A stretch of 61,709 bases of DNA from a virus (lineage: Duplodnaviria; Caudoviricetes): positions 1 through 61,709 of IMG/VR virus record IMGVR_UViG_3300047480_000376; one strand, given 5' to 3'. The position numbers were made by a program, and so were the translations under genes. The notes beneath the pieces were generated by a model. It worked only from the letters and a program-made list of their open reading frames with translations. It made no database searches and had not been told where the DNA came from. Each line of letters opens with the position of its first letter. The first letter of the stretch is position 1. Below are positions 16,172 to 26,667 of this stretch, piece by piece.

Positions 16172-17341
16172 TTAGAAAGGAGCGATGTCCTTTGCTTCGT
16201 CAATAATTACTTCAGTTGCTTCGATGCCTTGAATCGTTGAAGTTGCTTTAGAATCAACCTTCGTATACAGATCAAGGAATGCTACTCGTGTGTCTTCGTC
16301 AAATCGAGAGATACACAACTCAATTGCTTTGGCACGATCACCGAAGATACCATATGTACGAGCGATATGCACAAGACGACGAGTAGAGATTAGGTCGTCA
16401 ACACCACCATCTTTGTACGTAGTGCGAATAATGTCTGACCAAGTTACTAGGTTCTCTGCGAACTCACCGTCCAACTTACCGTGTTCTTCCATTGCATTGA
16501 GGATAATCTTCTTCTCAACTGCTGTAGTAGGATATGGTTGATCCATAGTAGCTACGAATCGCTCGAGGAATGCTTCGTCAAGGATACGTGCACCTGTGAA
16601 ACGACCGTCTTCAGAGCCACGACCTTTTGTGTTTGCTGTAGCAATAATATTGAAGCCTTGCTCTGGTCGAACAACTTCACCAGTCTTTTTGATATACAAA
16701 GGCTTGCCTTCGAGCACAGCTTGCAAACACATAAGCTTGTTTGAACCTCGATCGATCTCGTCGATCAAACACACTGCACCTTGCTTCATAGCTTGAGGAA
16801 TAGGACCATCGCACCAGACAGTTTCGCCATTAATTAGACGGAAACCACCGATCAAGTCATCCTCATCACTTTCTTCTGTGATGTTAACACGAACATACTT
16901 GCGTTTAGTTTGTGCGCAAGCCTGTTCGACCATCATCGTCTTGCCGTTACCTGAAAGGCCAGCGATGAAAAGCGGATAGAATGCCATAGATTCTACGATT
17001 TGCTTTACATCTCTGAAAAATCCCCAAGAGACATACGATTTATCTTTTTCTGGAACTTCGATTTTCAATTGATCAAATACCGTTTGAGTTACTTTTTTCT
17101 GCTCAACAACTTCTGGTTGAGCATCTACTTTTTTCATAGGAATAACCGATGCAGTCATTTGAATTTGGTACTTACCACGACCGACACGATTTTCTGGTTT
17201 AGTGATGAAATTAGGGTAACCCAATCCCATCTCGTTGGCATGATCGACGAGTTCTTTGACATCAAAGACCGAACGACCAGGGTATTTATCAGCTAAAGTT
17301 TTGACAAATGCTGTTTTAATCTCTTGCTTCATTTTGGACAC
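16172..17341 (-). CDS. cobS: CobS-like MoxR AAA+ ATPase
   Basis: GLSGNGKT, LIDEID, ATANTKGRGS.DGRF.G..ILDEAFLERF, ISTRRLVHI. Confidence 0.9.
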   Translation of the reverse strand: MSKMKQEIKTAFVKTLADKYPGRSVFDVKELVDHANEMGLGYPNFITKPENRVGRGKYQIQMTASVIPMKKVDAQPEVVEQKKVTQTVFDQLKIEVPEKDKSYVSWGFFRDVKQIVESMAFYPLFIAGLSGNGKTMMVEQACAQTKRKYVRVNITEESDEDDLIGGFRLINGETVWCDGPIPQAMKQGAVCLIDEIDRGSNKLMCLQAVLEGKPLYIKKTGEVVRPEQGFNIIATANTKGRGSEDGRFTGARILDEAFLERFVATMDQPYPTTAVEKKIILNAMEEHGKLDGEFAENLVTWSDIIRTTYKDGGVDDLISTRRLVHIARTYGIFGDRAKAIELCISRFDEDTRVAFLDLYTKVDSKATSTIQGIEATEVIIDEAKDIAPF

Positions 17342-17379
17342 CTTTCACGTTACACATAATATAACTTACTACAGGTATT

Positions 17380-17408
17380 ATTATACCACAGTTTTAACTC
17401 GTTGTACA
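17380..17408 (-). promoter_or_regulatory. Early promoter
   Basis: TGTACA-N17-TATAAT with TGTGG. Confidence 0.8.
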
Positions 17409-17430
17409 TAGCCCTTCCGAGCTATGCCCA

Positions 17431-19701
17431 TCATGCAATTGCATCTACGAATGCATTCAGCAAGATACGATTTACTCTACGGGACTTAGTTGCCTTAGCA
17501 AATGCAGTCTTGATCTTGGTCTTGCTTGCACCATCCTCTACGAGCTCACCGAAGTCGTCCTCAGCCAAATCCATATACTTTGTGCATAGACCAAAATAAC
17601 GATCATACCCAAAAATATCATCTTCGATTAGACAACGATTCTTATTCATTTGATTAGTGTACTTGTTTTTAAGTTCTGTACGCTTTGACCAATCATGTGC
17701 CTCGGCAGCACGTGCTACAGCTTGGTTACGGTATTCGCTGATGAAGAAACCAAGTACGTTGCTGCCAGTATCTTGCTTCAGTGACTTGAGCAGTTTTGTT
17801 GTAACATCGCTACCATACATGGAATTAACCATAAACCCTTTATTGCGGAAGCGTACGATTGCTTTACGACCTCTAAACGAGTATCCATCATTATTTGCAC
17901 TGTGATCTCTGCCTAGATCAGTCTGACGAACTTGGAATGAGTCAGATTCTCCATCAGTCAAGAACATTGCTGTCATCTTTTCTATGGAATTTTTGACTTT
18001 AAATTCGCTAATTAGTTCATGTGCATACACAATGCATGTATTCAAAGGTGTGCTGTGCAGTTCATTCCATGGACCAATATATGCGCCAGGTACCTCAGAG
18101 TCCCAAGTCAACGATAGGTTGTAAAGCATCTGCATACCATCATTGAACTCTTTGCGAGTCATGCGAGACGACAATAAGTTCAACAGATTAAAGGGCTGCA
18201 ATACAACCTCTGAGTCATTGTACAAATCCCAATATTTTGTCTGCTCTGTCTCTTCAGTCTTAACACGAGTGCTAAAAGCATAGACTTCAAATGGCACATT
18301 AATCATACGGCAGAATGCAGCCAAGTTGATCGTCTGGCGAATGGTTGCGCCCATGTTATCTGACATAGATCCAGAGAAGTCGATGAACAGCATCATGCCA
18401 TGATTCTTATAGTTGGCAAGCTTTGTTGACTTCATAAAGATGTCTTCGCTAAACTTGTATGCATGCAACTTATTTGTGTTGATGATACCAGTCTTTTGCA
18501 ATGATGAACGAGAATATTGGTATGCAGCTTTGCGCATCTCAAATTCTTTAGCCATATACGCAGCAGCTACTTCTGTGTCTTGTTTAAATTTCTTAAACTT
18601 CTCAGCGGCAGCCGTCAACTTTTCGTGCATATACTTAACGTGCCACTCGTCATAGGTGGTGTTGTATTTTACCAAGTACTCATTCCAAGTGCTGTAATAC
18701 TTCTTATAGTCAATGACGACATCTTTTTGTTTGCACTTGTTGATAGTGAACACACATGTACCGCCCATGTTATCGGCAAGAAGTTCTTTTTCTTTCTCGC
18801 GGAAAGCTTTATCAGTCAGCGCTTCTTCAAGTTCAGCTTCTGCTTCAGATTTTTGCTTAGGCTGCGGTGCAGTCTTAGCATCTTTGTCAGTAAGTTGCTT
18901 TTTGATCTCGTCATCACGACGACCTGTACCAGTCAATCCGTCTTCTGGTTTTTCTTCTGATGCTTCTGATTGTTCAGCTTGTGGCTCTTCAGTTGATTTT
19001 TCTGGCTTCTCATAGTCAGCATCAGATTCTTCAAACTCTTGATCATCTTCGAAGTCATCTTCACCTCTAGATGAGACGCTGATAGGAATATCTTCCATAG
19101 GCGCATCTACTTGCAGAGACTTTTGATATTCATAGATCTCTTTGGCAAGAGCTACCACGTCTTCGAACGTTTCTGTTTTAAATGCACGATGGAAAAAATC
19201 ACGCTCTTCGTCGTCAAACACAACGTCGATGTTTTGTCCAAGCTTTGCTTTGATGTTGATCTTATCGATCACCTTAATCATGTTAAGGTCAACTAGTCCT
19301 TTGTTGAGACCAAAGAAGTCATCTTCAGCAAGTTGTTTGTATGCTTTTTGAAATTGGAAGCGAAGTCCAGGATAACGATCTTGAACCTTGCGCTCGATGC
19401 GAACGTCTTCTAAGATGTTTAGGTATGCTTTAGGTGCACCGTCAATATCATCGACGGCATCATGCCAACCTTTTGCAGGAGTGTATAGCGCATGTCCAAC
19501 TTCGTGACCAGTCAGCAAGTCATATACAGCCTTGCCTTTATTTTTCCAAATAGGCAAAGCAAGTACACGACGCTCAGGATCAAACCAAGCGGTCTTGTAC
19601 GTACCATGAATGACTGTGATATTTTCTTTTGCTAGCAGACGAGCTAGTGTAGACTGTTGATCGAAATTAATCGATAATGCATCGAGCTGGACACCTTGCA
19701 T
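17431..19701 (-). CDS. CobT-like metallopeptidase/vWA partner of the MoxR ATPase
   Basis: HEVGHALYTP, N.LED.RIE, acidic linker, DFSGSM (MIDAS), TPLN, LTDGE; start trimmed to MQGVQ. Confidence 0.85.
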   Translation of the reverse strand: MQGVQLDALSINFDQQSTLARLLAKENITVIHGTYKTAWFDPERRVLALPIWKNKGKAVYDLLTGHEVGHALYTPAKGWHDAVDDIDGAPKAYLNILEDVRIERKVQDRYPGLRFQFQKAYKQLAEDDFFGLNKGLVDLNMIKVIDKINIKAKLGQNIDVVFDDEERDFFHRAFKTETFEDVVALAKEIYEYQKSLQVDAPMEDIPISVSSRGEDDFEDDQEFEESDADYEKPEKSTEEPQAEQSEASEEKPEDGLTGTGRRDDEIKKQLTDKDAKTAPQPKQKSEAEAELEEALTDKAFREKEKELLADNMGGTCVFTINKCKQKDVVIDYKKYYSTWNEYLVKYNTTYDEWHVKYMHEKLTAAAEKFKKFKQDTEVAAAYMAKEFEMRKAAYQYSRSSLQKTGIINTNKLHAYKFSEDIFMKSTKLANYKNHGMMLFIDFSGSMSDNMGATIRQTINLAAFCRMINVPFEVYAFSTRVKTEETEQTKYWDLYNDSEVVLQPFNLLNLLSSRMTRKEFNDGMQMLYNLSLTWDSEVPGAYIGPWNELHSTPLNTCIVYAHELISEFKVKNSIEKMTAMFLTDGESDSFQVRQTDLGRDHSANNDGYSFRGRKAIVRFRNKGFMVNSMYGSDVTTKLLKSLKQDTGSNVLGFFISEYRNQAVARAAEAHDWSKRTELKNKYTNQMNKNRCLIEDDIFGYDRYFGLCTKYMDLAEDDFGELVEDGASKTKIKTAFAKATKSRRVNRILLNAFVDAIA

Positions 19702-19726
19702 GTTATCTCCTTGACAATATGTATAT

Positions 19727-19755
19727 ATTATACCACAGAAATAACATGCTGTACA
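19727..19755 (-). promoter_or_regulatory. Early promoter
   Basis: TGTACA-N17-TATAAT with TGTGG. Confidence 0.8.
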
Positions 19756-19780
19756 TAGGCCTTGCAAGCCTATGATTTTA

Positions 19781-20266
19781 TTAGCGTTTTTTCTGCTTAG
19801 CTTTCTTCAATGCCAATGCACGCTTAAGCGGAGATGCTAGTTTTAAGAAGTTAGTGCCTTCCATATGATCATATTCATGCTGAATGATGCGTGCTGTAAT
19901 ACCACCAAAGTCAGCAGTAATCCTTTCACCTTCGCGAGTAGTATACTCGATGCGAATAGATTTAGGACGCTTTAGATTAATGAACACACCTGGTTGAGAT
20001 AAGCAACCTTCTTCAAATAGTACTTCATCTTTAGAATACTCAACGATCTTAGGATCAAAGAATGTCTCAGAGAAGTTTTTAAATGATATTGAGAATACAC
20101 GATTATCGATGCCGACTTGATTAGCTGATAAGCCGATACCATTAAAGAATCTACACGCATTCTCTAATTGTTCAGCAAAAGCTTTCTTATCTTCGATCTC
20201 TTTATATTCTACTGGTTTAGTTAACAGAGCATCATCATATGGAATTAATTTAAATTGTGGCTGCAT
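19781..20266 (-). CDS. def: Peptide deformylase
   Basis: GIGLSANQVG, EGCLS, QHEYDH. Confidence 0.95.
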   Translation of the reverse strand: MQPQFKLIPYDDALLTKPVEYKEIEDKKAFAEQLENACRFFNGIGLSANQVGIDNRVFSISFKNFSETFFDPKIVEYSKDEVLFEEGCLSQPGVFINLKRPKSIRIEYTTREGERITADFGGITARIIQHEYDHMEGTNFLKLASPLKRALALKKAKQKKR

Positions 20267-21983
20267 TTTTTATCCTTGAAAAGTTTCTTTCTTTAACGAA
20301 TTCAATCTTGTTTCTAAACTTAGAATCTAACACGTCACCTTTATGAGAGATAACAAATACGTTTGTATCTTGTACAGATCCTAATATCTTCATCAAGTTA
20401 TCGATACCATCTGAGTCGAGTGAAGAATCAAACGTCTCGTCAAGGATCAATAGGTTTGTGTTTGCTGAGTTCTTCATCTTAGCAATTTGGCGCCAAGTAA
20501 ATAGCAAACTTAGGTCAATACGTTGCTTCTCGCCTTCAGAGAAACTAGTATATGTAAACTCATCACGATATCGAGACTTAATCGTCTCATTAAAGGACTC
20601 GTCTAGATTAAACAATACGAAGAAGTCTAAGATCTGTAAGTACTGATTAACTAACTTATTGATGATAGGCAAATATTGTTTAACGATCTTTGTCTTGATG
20701 CCAGTATCTTTAAGCATTTCATTGGCGATCATGTTATAGTTCTGTTGATCGATATAAGCTAGCTTAAGCTCTGACAATCTTTCTTTCTCAATCTGTAAAG
20801 CTTTTAAGTCTGCTAGTGCAGCACCAACATCTCCATCTGTGCCTTCGATTTTTAGTATCTCTTCTTCTAATTTATCGATAGCATTCTGTAGAGCTGTGAT
20901 AGATGCATTATTTGCTACGATATCCATCTGAGCTTCTTGAAACTTTTCGATCTCTTCTTGTAAAGAAGTTTCTTGCTCTAATATTGTATCGATCTCAGTC
21001 TTGAGCTTTTCAATACCTTCGTTAATTTCCCCGATCTTACTATCGCATCGATGCACGTGCTCTTGCCTTGTTTCGGGAGTAATTTCTTGAGAGCAGGTTG
21101 GGCAGCTAGTAGATTCCACAAAGAAAGCTCTGTTGTCTTGTAGAGTCTTGAGGGTAGATTCAAATTTAAGACCAAATCCGGCCAACTTTTGCTTTTTATT
21201 TGTAGTTGCTTTGAGATCTTTTTGTCGCTGAACAAGTAGCTCCAGCTTCTTTGATAACTCAGCATTCGAGGCTTGTAGATCCCGTATGCTAGCCTGGTTG
21301 TTTGTGATGGTAACCTGCTTATCACGAATCTGGTCTTTTGCAAGTGATTGCACATCGGAAATATACTTGTTTTGTAGTCTAATTTTTTCCGTAATGAGTT
21401 CAAGTTGGTTGTTCGCATCTGATAGTTGTTCCTTTGTACGTGCGATCTTCTCCTTCAAGATCTGATTCATCCTAGAAAAAACCTGGATATCAAGCAGTTC
21501 CTCAATAATCGTTCTTCGTTGGCCACTTGGAAGCTGCATGAAAGGAGTAAAAGAGGCAGATCCAATGACCACGACTTGGTGGAACGACTTGTGATTTAGC
21601 TTAAGCACATTTTGTTCGAGGAATGCTTGATAATCTCGTGAGTTGGCTTCTTGATTGATTAGGTTGCCGTTCTGATAAATCTCGAACGTATTAGGTTTAA
21701 TACCTCTAACAATCTTAAAGTCTGCTGAGCCAACTGAAAACTCTACTTCAACAACACAGTTCTTATTATTAATTGAGTTAAGTAACTGAGGTTTAAGGAT
21801 ATTACGATATGGTTTGCCGAATAAACCAAATGACAGAGCATCTAATAGTGTTGATTTACCTGCACCATTAGCACCAATGATAAGCGTACTATCATTGCGA
21901 TCTAGTTGTACTTCTGTAAATTGATCACCTGTACTTAGAAAGTTTTTCCAACGTACATATTTAAAAGTAATGCCTGCTGTCAT
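20250..21983 (-). CDS. 46: Recombination endonuclease ATPase subunit (Rad50-like)
   Basis: GANGAGKS, CPTC hook, FSEGEK, LILDE. Confidence 0.96.
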   Translation of the reverse strand: MTAGITFKYVRWKNFLSTGDQFTEVQLDRNDSTLIIGANGAGKSTLLDALSFGLFGKPYRNILKPQLLNSINNKNCVVEVEFSVGSADFKIVRGIKPNTFEIYQNGNLINQEANSRDYQAFLEQNVLKLNHKSFHQVVVIGSASFTPFMQLPSGQRRTIIEELLDIQVFSRMNQILKEKIARTKEQLSDANNQLELITEKIRLQNKYISDVQSLAKDQIRDKQVTITNNQASIRDLQASNAELSKKLELLVQRQKDLKATTNKKQKLAGFGLKFESTLKTLQDNRAFFVESTSCPTCSQEITPETRQEHVHRCDSKIGEINEGIEKLKTEIDTILEQETSLQEEIEKFQEAQMDIVANNASITALQNAIDKLEEEILKIEGTDGDVGAALADLKALQIEKERLSELKLAYIDQQNYNMIANEMLKDTGIKTKIVKQYLPIINKLVNQYLQILDFFVLFNLDESFNETIKSRYRDEFTYTSFSEGEKQRIDLSLLFTWRQIAKMKNSANTNLLILDETFDSSLDSDGIDNLMKILGSVQDTNVFVISHKGDVLDSKFRNKIEFVKERNFSRIKNAATI

Positions 21984-23044
21984 TATGCGATTTCTGTATT
22001 CTGAGCCTCTACATATAAGTTGCGTAGTAGCGTCTTTAGTTTTTCTTTATCAACTTCTGATTCTGTTGCATCTACATAAGAATCTAAAAGCACTTGTGTG
22101 TCATCTACGTTCACTTCTTCGTCATTAACGTTTTCACCTAAGAACTCTGCAAACGTCTCAGCGATCTTTAGTTCATGGATTGGACGTTGTTGTATACGAT
22201 CAATAAACCTGTCAAACCCAAAGAAGTCTGTCTTTTTCTCTACGATGACTTTTACAAACTGATTATCTAATTTTGTTACATCGTATTCATTATAATCCAT
22301 TTTTTCATCGTTGTACACTACTTTAGTGTGAAGAGTGTATGGATTATTGATTGCAGTTAGTTCTCTTGTTGTAGTGTCTAAAACATGGAAATACTTTGGA
22401 TCGTCGCAATCACCCCATGTAAACTCCATCTGCGAGCCAAGATATGTGATGTTGCCTTTAGAAGACTTAGTGTGGAAATGACCAGATAACACTGACTCGA
22501 ACCTATTAAAGTCAGATGTGTCCATTCCATGGGGATTAGGTATGCCCTTATACATCTCAAAGCCAGAAAATTCAAAGTGGCCACCGATGATAGGTGCATT
22601 GCACTTCTTCACAAACTCCATCGTATCAGCATAATTTTCTGTGTTGATCCATGGAATTAAGCCAACGTGAAGTGTGTCGAAAGGTAAAACTGTTGGCTCC
22701 ATATGGATCTTTACGCAGTCCATATAATGTCCCATCAGTTCTTTTAGAGAGCACAACTCGTTTGTGTTTTTGTAGAATACATCGTGGTTGCCTGGAATAA
22801 TATCCATGTGCATGCCATACTCGCGCAACTTATCTAAGAAGATACGACGATTGTGTTCTAATGCTTTGAAGTTAACATACTTACGATGCTCATAATAGTC
22901 ACCCAAATGGATGATGTTCTTAATATTGTTTTCTAGTAAGTATGGAAAAAAGATGTCATCGTAAAACTTCTGTTGATAATCCATAAAGATGTCAGATGAA
23001 TTTCTGGCACCACAATGCGTATCATTTAGAATCGCTATTTTCAT
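21983..23044 (-). CDS. 47: Recombination nuclease subunit (Mre11-like)
   Basis: DTHCG, HLGD, PGNHD, SGHFH. Confidence 0.96.
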   Translation of the reverse strand: MKIAILNDTHCGARNSSDIFMDYQQKFYDDIFFPYLLENNIKNIIHLGDYYEHRKYVNFKALEHNRRIFLDKLREYGMHMDIIPGNHDVFYKNTNELCSLKELMGHYMDCVKIHMEPTVLPFDTLHVGLIPWINTENYADTMEFVKKCNAPIIGGHFEFSGFEMYKGIPNPHGMDTSDFNRFESVLSGHFHTKSSKGNITYLGSQMEFTWGDCDDPKYFHVLDTTTRELTAINNPYTLHTKVVYNDEKMDYNEYDVTKLDNQFVKVIVEKKTDFFGFDRFIDRIQQRPIHELKIAETFAEFLGENVNDEEVNVDDTQVLLDSYVDATESEVDKEKLKTLLRNLYVEAQNTEIA

Positions 23045-23630
23045 TAAGGTATTCTACCATATCATCAGTCATAAACAATTCAAGAGATTTATCTTTCTTG
23101 ACTTTCTTAGCGTACTCTTTGATAGCAGCATCTTTTTCTTTGATCCTGCCAATACGCTCTCTAAGTGTCTCGATAAATGCTTGTTCAGTGTGAGTATCAT
23201 CGCCTTCAACGCTAGCAATAAACTCTTCAATACCGCACTGCTCAATAAACTTAAATTTGATATCTTGTTGTTTTTTCTCTTTTTCTATTCGACGAAGGAA
23301 AGCAAAAAAGCAAATTTGAGTAAAGTATGAGAATGCGTTTTGTGTACCTGTACGTGTCTCTGCGTTTGGATTGTAGTTAGTGATAGCGCGTAAGCAGTTC
23401 TCTACAGCATCCATTACCATCTCTTCACGATACGTGTATCTGATAAAGTTGACCTTGTGAGATAGACCTTCAGCGATCTTGAGAAAGCATTCAGCTATGT
23501 AGTTTGGTACGACTGGGATTGGTTTGTTATCGGCTTTGGCTTTATTAACTACTACTGCGTATTCTTCTAATGCCTTGCCGAACTTCTTGTTGTCCACGTA
23601 ATGCGGACGAGCTTTAGGTTCAGACATCAT
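23022..23630 (-). CDS. 55: Late sigma factor
   Basis: HYVDNK.F, ECFLKIAEGLS...NF..YTY.EEM, NAFSYFTQI. Confidence 0.95.
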   Translation of the reverse strand: MMSEPKARPHYVDNKKFGKALEEYAVVVNKAKADNKPIPVVPNYIAECFLKIAEGLSHKVNFIRYTYREEMVMDAVENCLRAITNYNPNAETRTGTQNAFSYFTQICFFAFLRRIEKEKKQQDIKFKFIEQCGIEEFIASVEGDDTHTEQAFIETLRERIGRIKEKDAAIKEYAKKVKKDKSLELFMTDDMVEYLNENSDSK

Positions 23631-23661
23631 TCACTCCAAATAAAATTAGGACACATACTAT

Positions 23662-23690
23662 ATTATAACATAAAAATGTACAAAAGTACA
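23662..23690 (-). promoter_or_regulatory. Promoter of gene 55
   Basis: TGTACT-N17-TATAAT with a TGn extended -10. Confidence 0.7.
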
Positions 23691-23711
23691 ATATTTTTTT
23701 ACTCTGGCCTA

Positions 23712-23740
23712 TGTACAACAGATTATTTTTATGATATAAT
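23712..23740 (+). promoter_or_regulatory. Divergent (antisense-pointing) promoter of the same class
   Basis: GGCCTA-TGTACA-N17-TATAAT with TGn; its upstream flank matches the promoter at 19727-19755. Confidence 0.65.
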
Positions 23741-23771
23741 TTATCTACCCCCAGGGCCAGAGGTATAACCT

Positions 23772-24182
23772 TTAATGGTAGGTTGGAGGTTCCTCATCAT
23801 TGTCTAGATGCAGAGTAGGAGTAGTTTGTGCTACCTCAGGGTTCTTAGCCTGAGATGAATGTTGGATTGGCTGTTTGTGATCCTCTTCAACATTCTCCAT
23901 CATACGACTATAGTAAAGAGCGACGGCGTCGTTGACGATGGCTTCAACAAGAATGTTGTTCTTCTTGATCATATGTTCATCCACTTCACAGAACCCCATC
24001 CAACGTGTAAACATGTTAGCTTCTCTTGCTATGTCACCAAGATTGACTCGTTCTCTGTGTACTTTTAACGGATTACGAATGAGCATCTCTTCATGATCCT
24101 CACCTATTACTTCTGTTAGGATCTCTTCTCCGTTAACGAGCTTTATCTGTCTGATATCTCGAGATATGTAATTGTCTGTCAT
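23772..24182 (-). CDS. Hypothetical protein (conserved between uvsW and 55)
   Basis: IKLVNGEEI N-terminus; typical synteny. Confidence 0.75.
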   Translation of the reverse strand: MTDNYISRDIRQIKLVNGEEILTEVIGEDHEEMLIRNPLKVHRERVNLGDIAREANMFTRWMGFCEVDEHMIKKNNILVEAIVNDAVALYYSRMMENVEEDHKQPIQHSSQAKNPEVAQTTPTLHLDNDEEPPTYH

Positions 24183-25657
24183 GTAAGACGTACCTCGTGT
24201 ATTTTGTAATTGAACTTCTCTTTATTATATATTTGAATCCGGATTCCAGCATGGACGAGGGTAAAGTTCTTCTTAGTCTTCCAATGCAAGTCATCAGATA
24301 TGTCATATAAGACAGTATCTCTACCATCATCAGCTTTACGTAGACCACGACCAATAGATTGCAACACCTTAATTTGAGACTTAGAAGGCGAAGCAAATAT
24401 GATGTTATGAAGGTTCTTAATATTGATACCAGTAGAGAACGTGCCTAATGAAGCTACGATGATAGCATTCTTTTCTTTCTCAGTAATAGAACGTACTGTC
24501 TCTCTGTCTGTTACATCTGTTTCACCTGATACGTAAAATATCTTTCGATCTTCTTCAGCATTATCACGTATCAACTTGAAGAGAGGTTTGCCATGTTTCT
24601 CTACGCGATTAAACAACACTAGTGTATTTCCTGTTTGGTCTAGTGCTAAGTTCTTTATGAAGCGATTTCGCTTTTCATGTGCTATGATAAAGTCTATCTC
24701 TTCAGAGTACGTAAGATCCTTAGCGCTCTTACACTCTTCATCACTATACTTCATGACTAAACACTTGATGTCTAACTTTGCTAGTTGATCTGCATCCATC
24801 AGTGCTTTAGTTGTTGTAACTTGGAATACAGGACCAAACAAACCTTCTAATACTAACCTGTGTGTTAGTGTACCATCGAGGGTACCAGTCAAACCAAATC
24901 TAAACGGACAATCGATTAACTTCTCCATTATAGATGATAACGACTTTGCTTGGAACGTATGTGCTTCATCACCTACAACCATTCTAAAATCTGCAAACCA
25001 TTCTTTAGGTAGTTTATAGATTGACTGCCATGTAGTGATGACGATAGGAGCCATTGTATCTTTTTCTCTACCGCTATAAATTCTGTGCATCAACGACTCA
25101 TCAAAGCTATCATCGTTTTGTGCATATTGCAAGAAGTCAGTATACATCTGTTCCACTAGTGATGTGGTAGGCACGATTAATAGCATACGACCACCTTTTA
25201 CGAGGTTCTTGTAGTGTCGTATTAGTAAGTAGATGATGAGTGATTTGCCTGATGCAGTGGGCGAGATGAGCATGCATCTTTTGTTGCGAAGACCATGAGT
25301 AACAGCACTATACTGATAATCTCTTGGTTCGAACGGGAGTTTTAAGTGTTTTTCAACGTAAGACTTAACATCTTCTTCGTTGATCTTTGTGATAGGCTCT
25401 GAGAAGTTTTTCTCTAATTGATAACCACGCTCTTCACAGAATTTTTTAACGTAGTCGAATAAACCAACATATAGAGTTAAACTACGTAAGTCATATAATC
25501 TAATCTTGCCATCCCACATTTTATTCTTAAATGCAGGCATGAACTTATAACCTGGAACATAAAATGTAAAGTAGTCAGCTAGTTCTTGTCTAGTTCCACC
25601 TTCGCATTCAATTCGCAAGAATACATCGTTTAATTTACTGACTACTATTTTTTCCAT
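24179..25657 (-). CDS. uvsW: UvsW helicase
   Basis: PRDYQ, SPTASGKS, GDEAH, GLTGT, LQSIGRGLR. Confidence 0.96.
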   Translation of the reverse strand: MEKIVVSKLNDVFLRIECEGGTRQELADYFTFYVPGYKFMPAFKNKMWDGKIRLYDLRSLTLYVGLFDYVKKFCEERGYQLEKNFSEPITKINEEDVKSYVEKHLKLPFEPRDYQYSAVTHGLRNKRCMLISPTASGKSLIIYLLIRHYKNLVKGGRMLLIVPTTSLVEQMYTDFLQYAQNDDSFDESLMHRIYSGREKDTMAPIVITTWQSIYKLPKEWFADFRMVVGDEAHTFQAKSLSSIMEKLIDCPFRFGLTGTLDGTLTHRLVLEGLFGPVFQVTTTKALMDADQLAKLDIKCLVMKYSDEECKSAKDLTYSEEIDFIIAHEKRNRFIKNLALDQTGNTLVLFNRVEKHGKPLFKLIRDNAEEDRKIFYVSGETDVTDRETVRSITEKEKNAIIVASLGTFSTGINIKNLHNIIFASPSKSQIKVLQSIGRGLRKADDGRDTVLYDISDDLHWKTKKNFTLVHAGIRIQIYNKEKFNYKIHEVRLT

Positions 25658-26106
25658 TATACACCGGAGGTGAATTGCCTCCACTTTATCATGTTAGATA
25701 TTGTTTGATGACGCCACGTTATGTTGGAAACTATTTCCGATAAAGTATCTATCACAGTTTTCCAGTACTCAATTTGAGTTTGCAAAGTTTGGATCTGTGG
25801 ATCAGATTCGTAGAAATAATCCATGTCGCTCTTCATAGGTTTAGTTAGACCATCAAATGGATCGTATTGCCAACCTAAGTCGTCCATCGTCTGCTTGTCC
25901 ATCTTACCGTTATACCACATGAACTTGTCTTTCAACAACTTCTTAAAGTCCATCTCTTTGCGATGTTTTTGTAGTTTAGCAGTTGATAGTAACTCTACAT
26001 ACTTAGCGTGTAGCTTTGGTGTTTCACGCGAAGATTTATCCAATTCGATATCGTCGATCTGGCAATCTTTTTTCCACTCTTCAAGGATTTGTTCTAATGT
26101 TAACAT
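25657..26106 (-). CDS. uvsY: Recombination mediator UvsY
   Basis: W.KD..ID, PKLHAKY, WYNGK, I.N.I.WRQF..G. Confidence 0.9.
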   Translation of the reverse strand: MLTLEQILEEWKKDCQIDDIELDKSSRETPKLHAKYVELLSTAKLQKHRKEMDFKKLLKDKFMWYNGKMDKQTMDDLGWQYDPFDGLTKPMKSDMDYFYESDPQIQTLQTQIEYWKTVIDTLSEIVSNITWRHQTISNMIKWRQFTSGV

Positions 26107-26135
26107 GCTGTAATCTCACGGGTTATATTATACCC

Positions 26136-26164
26136 ATTATACCACAAAATCACTCAAAAGTAAA
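26136..26164 (-). promoter_or_regulatory. Early promoter of uvsY
   Basis: TTTACT-N17-TATAAT with TGTGG. Confidence 0.75.
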
Positions 26165-26647
26165 ATAGTCGTATCTGAATGTAACGTCTACCGTTGCGTA
26201 TACCACATCTGCTTCTTGCACAGAGAACTGCACGTTACCGATCGAGATTGGGAATACGTTCTTAAAGAATATTTTCTTGTTAGGATTATTTTTGCTTGTT
26301 AAGATATAAATCGTTAAGTCGTCAAACTTGTCATCTTGTTGGTTTTGATTGATGTTACGATTTAACCACTCATAGATCTCTCTAAAGTTATCCATGTTCT
26401 CAGATACTAACATAGTGATTGTTAGCGGATCATACGTGATGAAGTCGCCAGGAACATATGCATTCCTTTTACCACGCGCGATTACTGTCTCACCTACGCT
26501 GACTGATGGGATACTGAAAGACTGTAAGAAGTATTTTGTATTAGGTGCACGAGCAAACACCATCGCAAAGCCGTCAGAGACGACTAATGGGTTTTTATTG
26601 CTTGTTACCTTGCCAGGTGCGGCACCGATGTCATAAGTTTTTAGCAT
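26150..26647 (-). CDS. 3: Tail tube terminator/completion protein (gp3-like)
   Basis: PGD.I.YDPL.I...V.ENM.N..EIYEW, F.NVFP.SI; position after gene 23. Confidence 0.8.
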   Translation of the reverse strand: MLKTYDIGAAPGKVTSNKNPLVVSDGFAMVFARAPNTKYFLQSFSIPSVSVGETVIARGKRNAYVPGDFITYDPLTITMLVSENMDNFREIYEWLNRNINQNQQDDKFDDLTIYILTSKNNPNKKIFFKNVFPISIGNVQFSVQEADVVYATVDVTFRYDYFTFE

Positions 26648-26667
26648 AATGCTCTCCAAATATAATC

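Noticed and set aside
16172-19701. Cobalamin biosynthesis (cobaltochelatase) role
   Set aside because: The phage CobS/CobT-like pair is a MoxR ATPase plus vWA module common in T4-like phages; no cobN or other cob genes are present.
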